Origin: Candidatus Bathyarchaeia archaeon
GTDB lineage: Archaea > Thermoproteota > Bathyarchaeia > Bathyarchaeales > Bathycorpusculaceae
Direction of reading: 5' to 3'
Assembly (NCBI GenBank): GCA_038883655.1
Contig: JAVZLQ010000003.1
Span: 1 to 64,000, forward strand
Length of the DNA: 64,000 nucleotides
Positions 58,921 through 64,000 of this stretch are shown here, piece by piece. How positions within the stretch are numbered: position 1 is the stretch's first letter; every line of letters begins with the position of its first letter. Made by a program: the position numbers and the translations under genes. A model generated the notes under the pieces. The model made no database searches. It worked only from the letters and a program-made list of their open reading frames with translations, and had not been told where the DNA came from.

Positions 58921-59622
58921 ATGCCAACATTTTTTGAAAGAAAACAGCTTGTTGTTCCCGGAGACTTGATTGCAGAAGACGATTATGTAGCTGGTGAAAA
59001 CACTTACGCAGAAGGAAAAAGGATTTACGCTTCAAGGATAGGATTAGTGGATTACGAGAACAAAAAAGTTAACGTTGTTGCGTTAAGGGCGTTTTACATT
59101 CCAAAAGTTGGAGACATAGTCATAGGAACCGTAACTGAAATTGGATTTAACGGTTGGACAGTTGACATAAACGCTCCATACCAAGCACTTTTAAGAGCGT
59201 CAGATGCCCTAAGCAGACCATTCAGACCACAAAAAGATGACTTATCACAAGTCCTAGACATAGGAGACCTAATAGTCGCAAAAATAACTGCATACGACAG
59301 AGCGCACAACCCACAACTGACAGTTGCGGAACCAGGACTTGGAAAAATAACCCGCGGTCAAATAATAAAAATTACTCCAACAAAAATCCCACGCGTTATT
59401 GGGAGGAAAGGCTCGATGATATCAATGATAAAGCAGGAAACGGGATGCCAAATAATTCTAGGCTTGAACGGCGTTATACTCGTAACGGGGAAAACTCCAG
59501 AAGATGAGCAGTTGGCAATTATGGCAATAAACAAGATTGAAGAGGAGTCCCACACAAGCGGTTTAACAGACCGCATAACACAGATGCTGAGAGAAATGAA
59601 AGTGAAGAGAGGTGTAAGTTAG
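58921..59622 (+). CDS. rrp4: Exosome subunit Rrp4
   Basis: [22 protein letters not shown]. Confidence 0.94.
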   Translation: MPTFFERKQLVVPGDLIAEDDYVAGENTYAEGKRIYASRIGLVDYENKKVNVVALRAFYIPKVGDIVIGTVTEIGFNGWTVDINAPYQALLRASDALSRPFRPQKDDLSQVLDIGDLIVAKITAYDRAHNPQLTVAEPGLGKITRGQIIKITPTKIPRVIGRKGSMISMIKQETGCQIILGLNGVILVTGKTPEDEQLAIMAINKIEEESHTSGLTDRITQMLREMKVKRGVS

Positions 59623-59623
59623 A

Positions 59624-60358
59624 ATGAGCCAGAAAAGTGTAAAATTAATTGACAAGAAAGGTTTAAGGTTGGATGGTAGAAAACCAGACGAGTTGAGACC
59701 AATAAAAATTGATGTCGGAATTTTATCAAATGCCGATGGATCTGCATATATTGAGCAAGGAAAAAACAAAATTCTAGCAGCAGTTTTCGGTCCAAAAGAG
59801 TTACATCCAAAACACATGGCACTTCCAGACCGCATGGTTTTAAGATGCCGTTATCACATGGCGCCATTCTCTGTTCAAGAGCGCAAGTCGCCAGCGCCCT
59901 CAAGAAGAGAAATTGAACTCTCAAAAGTCATTAGAGAAGCACTTGAACCATCCATATTCCTTGAATATTACCCAAGAACGGGAATAGACATATTCATAGA
60001 GGTTTTGCAGGCTGACGGAAGCACGCGGTGCGCAAGCATAACAGCAGCCTCGCTGGCTCTAGCTGACGCTGGAATTCCAATGCGGGATTTGGTTGCCGCA
60101 TGCTCTGCTGGGAAAGTTGAGAACACGATAGTCTTGGATTTGATGGATGCCGAGGACAAGATGGGAGAAGCGGACGTGCCGTTGGCTTTGATGCCTAATC
60201 TGAACGCTATAACTTTACTTCAGATGGATGGACAGTTGACGCTTGAAGAGTTTGAGAAAGCCGTTAACCTCGCACTTGACGGATGCAAAAAAATTTACGC
60301 ATTGCAGAAGGAAGCCTTAAAAGCCAAGTACGTAAGCTTTAAGGAGGCAGAAGAGTAA
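59624..60358 (+). CDS. rrp41: Exosome subunit Rrp41
   Basis: RLDGR, APFS..ERK, ADGSTR. Confidence 0.95.
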   Translation: MSQKSVKLIDKKGLRLDGRKPDELRPIKIDVGILSNADGSAYIEQGKNKILAAVFGPKELHPKHMALPDRMVLRCRYHMAPFSVQERKSPAPSRREIELSKVIREALEPSIFLEYYPRTGIDIFIEVLQADGSTRCASITAASLALADAGIPMRDLVAACSAGKVENTIVLDLMDAEDKMGEADVPLALMPNLNAITLLQMDGQLTLEEFEKAVNLALDGCKKIYALQKEALKAKYVSFKEAEE

Positions 60359-61149
60359 TGGCAATGATTACACGCGTAAAACAGAGGGAAATTGCGCAGC
60401 TAATAGCAAAAGGAAAACGCCTAGACGGCAGAGGTCTAAAAGACTACCGCGAAATGAAAGTTGAACAGGGAATAATCGAACGTGCAGAAGGCTCCGCAAA
60501 AGTGCTTCTCGGAAAAACAGAGGTCATGGTTGGAGTGAAAATTGAAACTGGACAACCATTCGCGGACACACCGAACGAGGGAGTACTAACTGTAAACGCG
60601 GAGCTGGTGCCACTGGCATCTCCAACATTCGAGCCTGGACCACCAGACGAGAATTCCATAGAACTTGCAAGGATCGTTGACAGGGGGATTCGCGAATCAA
60701 AAGCCATAGACCTCGAAAAACTATGCATAGAACCAGGAAAAAACGTATTCGTCGTTTTCGTCGACGTCTATGTGCTAAATCACGATGGAAACCTAATAGA
60801 TGCTTCGGCAATAGCCGCAGTGGCAGCGCTACTCAACACGAAAATGCCAAACTACGAAATTGAAGAGGGGCAAGTGAAAATTAAGCCCGGTTATGTTCCA
60901 CTACCAGTTAGAAAACGCCCAATAACCGTAACTTTCGCGAAAATAGGCGAGAAACTTGTTGTCGACCCAGGATTGGATGAAGAACAAGTCATGGACGCGC
61001 GGATTTCAATAACCATTGACGATAACTCAAACATATGTGCAATCCAAAAGGGCGGAAGCGGCTACTTCTCGCCACAGCAAGTTTTGGAGGCAGCGCAAAT
61101 AGCTAGAGAGAAAAGTGAAGAAATAGGGAAGAAGCTTGGTTGGCGATAA
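60358..61149 (+). CDS. rrp42: Exosome subunit Rrp42
   Basis: FEPGPPDE, DRGIRES, HDGNL.DA, QKGG. Confidence 0.95.
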   Translation: MAMITRVKQREIAQLIAKGKRLDGRGLKDYREMKVEQGIIERAEGSAKVLLGKTEVMVGVKIETGQPFADTPNEGVLTVNAELVPLASPTFEPGPPDENSIELARIVDRGIRESKAIDLEKLCIEPGKNVFVVFVDVYVLNHDGNLIDASAIAAVAALLNTKMPNYEIEEGQVKIKPGYVPLPVRKRPITVTFAKIGEKLVVDPGLDEEQVMDARISITIDDNSNICAIQKGGSGYFSPQQVLEAAQIAREKSEEIGKKLGWR

Positions 61150-61151
61150 TT

Positions 61152-61457
61152 ATGGGAAGGACAAAGAAAGTTGGACCGACACGAGGACTTGGAGCACGTT
61201 ACGGCGCAACAGTTAGAAAACGTTACATCAAAGTTGTCGCAGAATTAAAGAAGCCACACGCGTGCCCGCAATGCGGATTCCAACGTGTAAAAAGAGTCAG
61301 TGTCGGCGTCTGGGAATGTCGAAAATGCGGTTTTGTTTTTGCTGGCGGCGCTTACACTCCGACGACAAAACTTGGGTTGGTTGCTAAGCGTGTTGCAAAA
61401 GGAGCACCCGTTGAAGAAGTAGTACAAGAAGCATCGACAGAAGAAGAAAGCGAATAA
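61152..61457 (+). CDS. rpl37ae: 50S ribosomal protein L37ae (eL43)
   Basis: G.RYG..VRK, CPQC...CRKCG...AGGAY. Confidence 0.95.
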   Translation: MGRTKKVGPTRGLGARYGATVRKRYIKVVAELKKPHACPQCGFQRVKRVSVGVWECRKCGFVFAGGAYTPTTKLGLVAKRVAKGAPVEEVVQEASTEEESE

Positions 61458-61536
61458 ACACGCACAAATGCCACTAGACTCTTTTTTAGGCATAGCCTTT
61501 TAAGCACTGTAAAGAATAATGATATTTGGGCTTGTT

Positions 61537-61950
61537 ATGGTGAACTACGCCAGAAAAGTTAACCTTGTAAAACCACTGGAAGTTGATAAAATCGCCATAA
61601 CCAGAGACAAGTACTTTGTTGACGCTTATATGATTGATTTACCACTCGACGCGGCGCCGGACCATGTTTGGCAAGACATATTTGAACGGGAATGGAGATC
61701 TAGTAGACATCTTTGGGATAGAAAGCTCTTCGTTTTAGGTGACAGGCTTAGATTGATAACGTCTATCGACGATTTCGAAGAGAAACTCAACTGGGTTAAA
61801 CAAGTTATAGAGCGAACAAACATGCTTGTTGACGAATACGACAGAGAGGCACAAACGCGCGTGGCTCTCATAGAAAGAGATAGAGAGGTTTTGGAAGATA
61901 AGGCGCATATCGAAATGATTAAAAGCATGCTGCGAAAAGTCTTCGGTTAA
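61537..61950 (+). CDS. Hypothetical protein
   Basis: ORF with own TATA-like TTTAAG; LD.AP...W...F...W motif, C-terminal coiled coil. Confidence 0.7.
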   Translation: MVNYARKVNLVKPLEVDKIAITRDKYFVDAYMIDLPLDAAPDHVWQDIFEREWRSSRHLWDRKLFVLGDRLRLITSIDDFEEKLNWVKQVIERTNMLVDEYDREAQTRVALIERDREVLEDKAHIEMIKSMLRKVFG

Positions 61951-61978
61951 CCGCTTCAATTGCTCAACGGTTTGCATT

Positions 61979-62230
61979 ATGACCTCGCGTGCCAAATGCA
62001 AAATTAGATTTAAGAATGAAAGTATTCTACAAGCAATTTTTGAAGCCTTGAAGCCTGAAATGCAAAAGCCACACACGTCCCGCTCAAGGACTACTGTAGA
62101 AGTTGAAGAGGATTGCTTAATTTTGAAAATTGAAGCAAGAGATACCGCGGCTTTACGGGCGGCATTAAATGCTTATTTGAGGTGGATAAATTCGATGTCG
62201 AACGTTTTAGAATCTCTAAAATTGAAATGA
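61979..62230 (+). CDS. pcc1: KEOPS subunit Pcc1
   Basis: ALKPE, RS, A.D..ALRA.LN.YLRW. Confidence 0.9.
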   Translation: MTSRAKCKIRFKNESILQAIFEALKPEMQKPHTSRSRTTVEVEEDCLILKIEARDTAALRAALNAYLRWINSMSNVLESLKLK

Positions 62231-62329
62231 TCTAATGTTTCAGTTAAAACTCTAAACGCTTTTGAAGCTATGCTTAGAAAATGTTAATTAGGAGCTAAGT
62301 TTATTGCTGTGCAGATGGAAGTGTAAAAC

Positions 62330-62707
62330 GTGAGTGAAGAAATTTCAAGGCTTCCGCCCCACGTTCAAGAGCGTCTCTTAAGGCTTCAACAGTTACAGCA
62401 AACTCTTCAATCGGTTTTGGCGCAAAAACAACAAGTTGAACTTGAACTTACAGAAATTGAACAAGCACTAAGCGAACTGCAGAAAACGGCGGATGATGCT
62501 GTAATTTATAGGGCAATCGGCACACTTTTGGTAAAAGCTGAAAAGGGAAAGGTCATGGCAGATCTAAATGAAAGAAAAGAGCTGCTCAACACACGCGCCA
62601 CAGTTTTGGGCAAACAAGAAGAACGTTTACGCAGCCAACTAAAAGATTTACAAGCCAAACTTCAACAAGACTTGAGTCCAGTTTCTCCATCATCACCCCC
62701 GCCGTAA
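62330..62707 (+). CDS. pfdB: Prefoldin beta
   Basis: LPP.VQ, coiled coils flanking IYRAIG.LLV. Confidence 0.93.
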   Translation: MSEEISRLPPHVQERLLRLQQLQQTLQSVLAQKQQVELELTEIEQALSELQKTADDAVIYRAIGTLLVKAEKGKVMADLNERKELLNTRATVLGKQEERLRSQLKDLQAKLQQDLSPVSPSSPPP

Positions 62708-62710
62708 AAT

Positions 62711-63025
62711 TTGGGTGAAAACGTGGAAGAACCGGGCATTCCAGAGCTAACAGACGAGCAGATGGAAGAATTATGCTCGGTGGCAGAAGAAGCTGCTAGG
62801 AAGTATGTACTTTCAAAGCTTCCTTCAAAAGGAATAAAAATGTTAAATGTAAGCGCCGAGGCTGAAGGAACAAAGCCCTTAACGTTGACCGTTGACGTCG
62901 ACATCACATTGACGAAAATCATGAAGGATTATAATGCGCAGAGCCTCGTGGATGAGGCTGTGAAAGAGGCGTTTAGGGCTGCAGAGGAATATTTGAGGAA
63001 ACTCAAATGCCATTCGAAGAAATAA
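62711..63025 (+). CDS. DUF3194-like protein
   Basis: Conserved position after prefoldin; IPEL...Q.E.L...AE. Confidence 0.65.
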   Translation: MGENVEEPGIPELTDEQMEELCSVAEEAARKYVLSKLPSKGIKMLNVSAEAEGTKPLTLTVDVDITLTKIMKDYNAQSLVDEAVKEAFRAAEEYLRKLKCHSKK

Positions 63026-64000
63026 CAAGAGTTTTAGAAGAGGCAAACGCGAAATTTGTACTTTTACTATGCCATCATAATGCGGATCCAGACGCAATAT
63101 GCTCAGCCTACGCCCTTTCAAGCCTATTAAAACGTTTAAAACCAAACTTGGAAGTTGAAATAGGCGCATCCCAAGGAATAAGCAGACTTTCAAAACATCT
63201 TCTGAAAAGTTTACCAATAGAAGTAAACATACAACCAAACGTTGAAAAGGCTGAGTCCATCATACTTCTCGATACAAACACCATCCAGCAGCTAAACAAT
63301 TTAGCGGACAAAGTGAAAAACTCTGGGGCGCCAATAATAGTTATAGACCACCACGCAACCCATCCGGAAACGCAGAAAATAGCGAAAGCATGCATAACAA
63401 ATGAGGAGGCATCATCAACATGCGAGATAATTTATGGTTTTTTTAAGGAGTTGGGTGTAAAGGTAAATGTAGATGAGGCTAAGGCTCTTTTTCTTGGAAT
63501 AGCCTTTGACACGCGCCACTTCGTGCTGGCAAACTCTTCAACATTAAAAAGTGTAGCAGAGTTGGTTGATGCTGGAGTAAACGCGCGTGAAGCGCTTTCA
63601 ATACTTGCCCTTCCAATGGACTTTTCAGAACGCGTGGCAAGACTTAAGGCTTGTAGGAGGGCAAAACTCTTTAAAATTGGGGAATGGATCATCGCGTTTT
63701 CGCATGTTAGCGCCTACCAAGCATCAGCGGCAAGAGCCATAATAGACTTGGGCGCTCACGTTGCAGTTGTCGCCGGACAAAAGAATGAAAGCATAGAAAT
63801 CAGCTTGAGATGTACCAATGAATTTGTAGAAAAGACGCATATACATTTGGGAAGAGACATAGCCAAACCTCTCGGAGAACAACTTAACGGGATGGGTGGA
63901 GGACATGCTACAGCTGCTGGAGTGAACGGCGTCGGCGATATTGAAACCGGGCTTAAGAAGTGTTTGCGCCTTTTAAAGGAGCATTTGGCAAAACAAAATT
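63007..64000 (+). CDS. DHH-family phosphoesterase (no stop inside window; absent from ORF track)
   Basis: ATG 63007, HHNADPD, IDHH, GGGHATAAG. Confidence 0.9.
   Translation, partial: MPFEEITRVLEEANAKFVLLLCHHNADPDAICSAYALSSLLKRLKPNLEVEIGASQGISRLSKHLLKSLPIEVNIQPNVEKAESIILLDTNTIQQLNNLADKVKNSGAPIIVIDHHATHPETQKIAKACITNEEASSTCEIIYGFFKELGVKVNVDEAKALFLGIAFDTRHFVLANSSTLKSVAELVDAGVNAREALSILALPMDFSERVARLKACRRAKLFKIGEWIIAFSHVSAYQASAARAIIDLGAHVAVVAGQKNESIEISLRCTNEFVEKTHIHLGRDIAKPLGEQLNGMGGGHATAAGVNGVGDIETGLKKCLRLLKEHLAKQN

Noticed and set aside
1-64000. CRISPR array, IS transposase, rRNA
   Set aside because: No regularly spaced repeats, transposase motifs or rRNA sequence seen.

Overview
Archaeal chromosome segment. 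The gene set and order are most consistent with Bathyarchaeia/TACK (inference). The window opens in the right end of a probable tRNA-integrated mobile element (tyrosine integrase, truncated TFB-like gene, tRNA 3'-end att fragment at ~1790). Next come the conserved S13-S4-S11-RpoD-L18e-L13-S9-RpoN-Eno-S2-MEMO1-MVK-IPK-IDI2-GGPS-GluRS-SRP19 superoperon and a bacterial-type glycolysis module (ATP-PFK, PPi-PFK, class II aldolase). The middle holds a polyamine cluster (SpeD-BpsA-GNAT) with a divergent 18-aa KKEE mini-gene, a stand-alone large NurA-HerA pair, POR, three tRNAs, RNase P RNA, a PolB3 whose proofreading motifs are degenerate, DnaG and TyrS. The last third has an unannotated ~220-nt K-turn/H-ACA-like RNA, Smc-ScpAB, an FprA/hemerythrin stress cluster with a 20-bp palindromic operator, and the proteasome/exosome superoperon. 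The most interesting signals are the structured RNA at 46066-46288, the KKEE micro-peptide gene, the exo-degenerate PolB3, the NurA(wHTH)-HerA pair, the element-borne TFB mimic, a dispersed G-rich motif next to stable-RNA loci, and kb-scale G+T/A+C skew switches. All calls come from reading the sequence and motifs by eye; no database searches were run.
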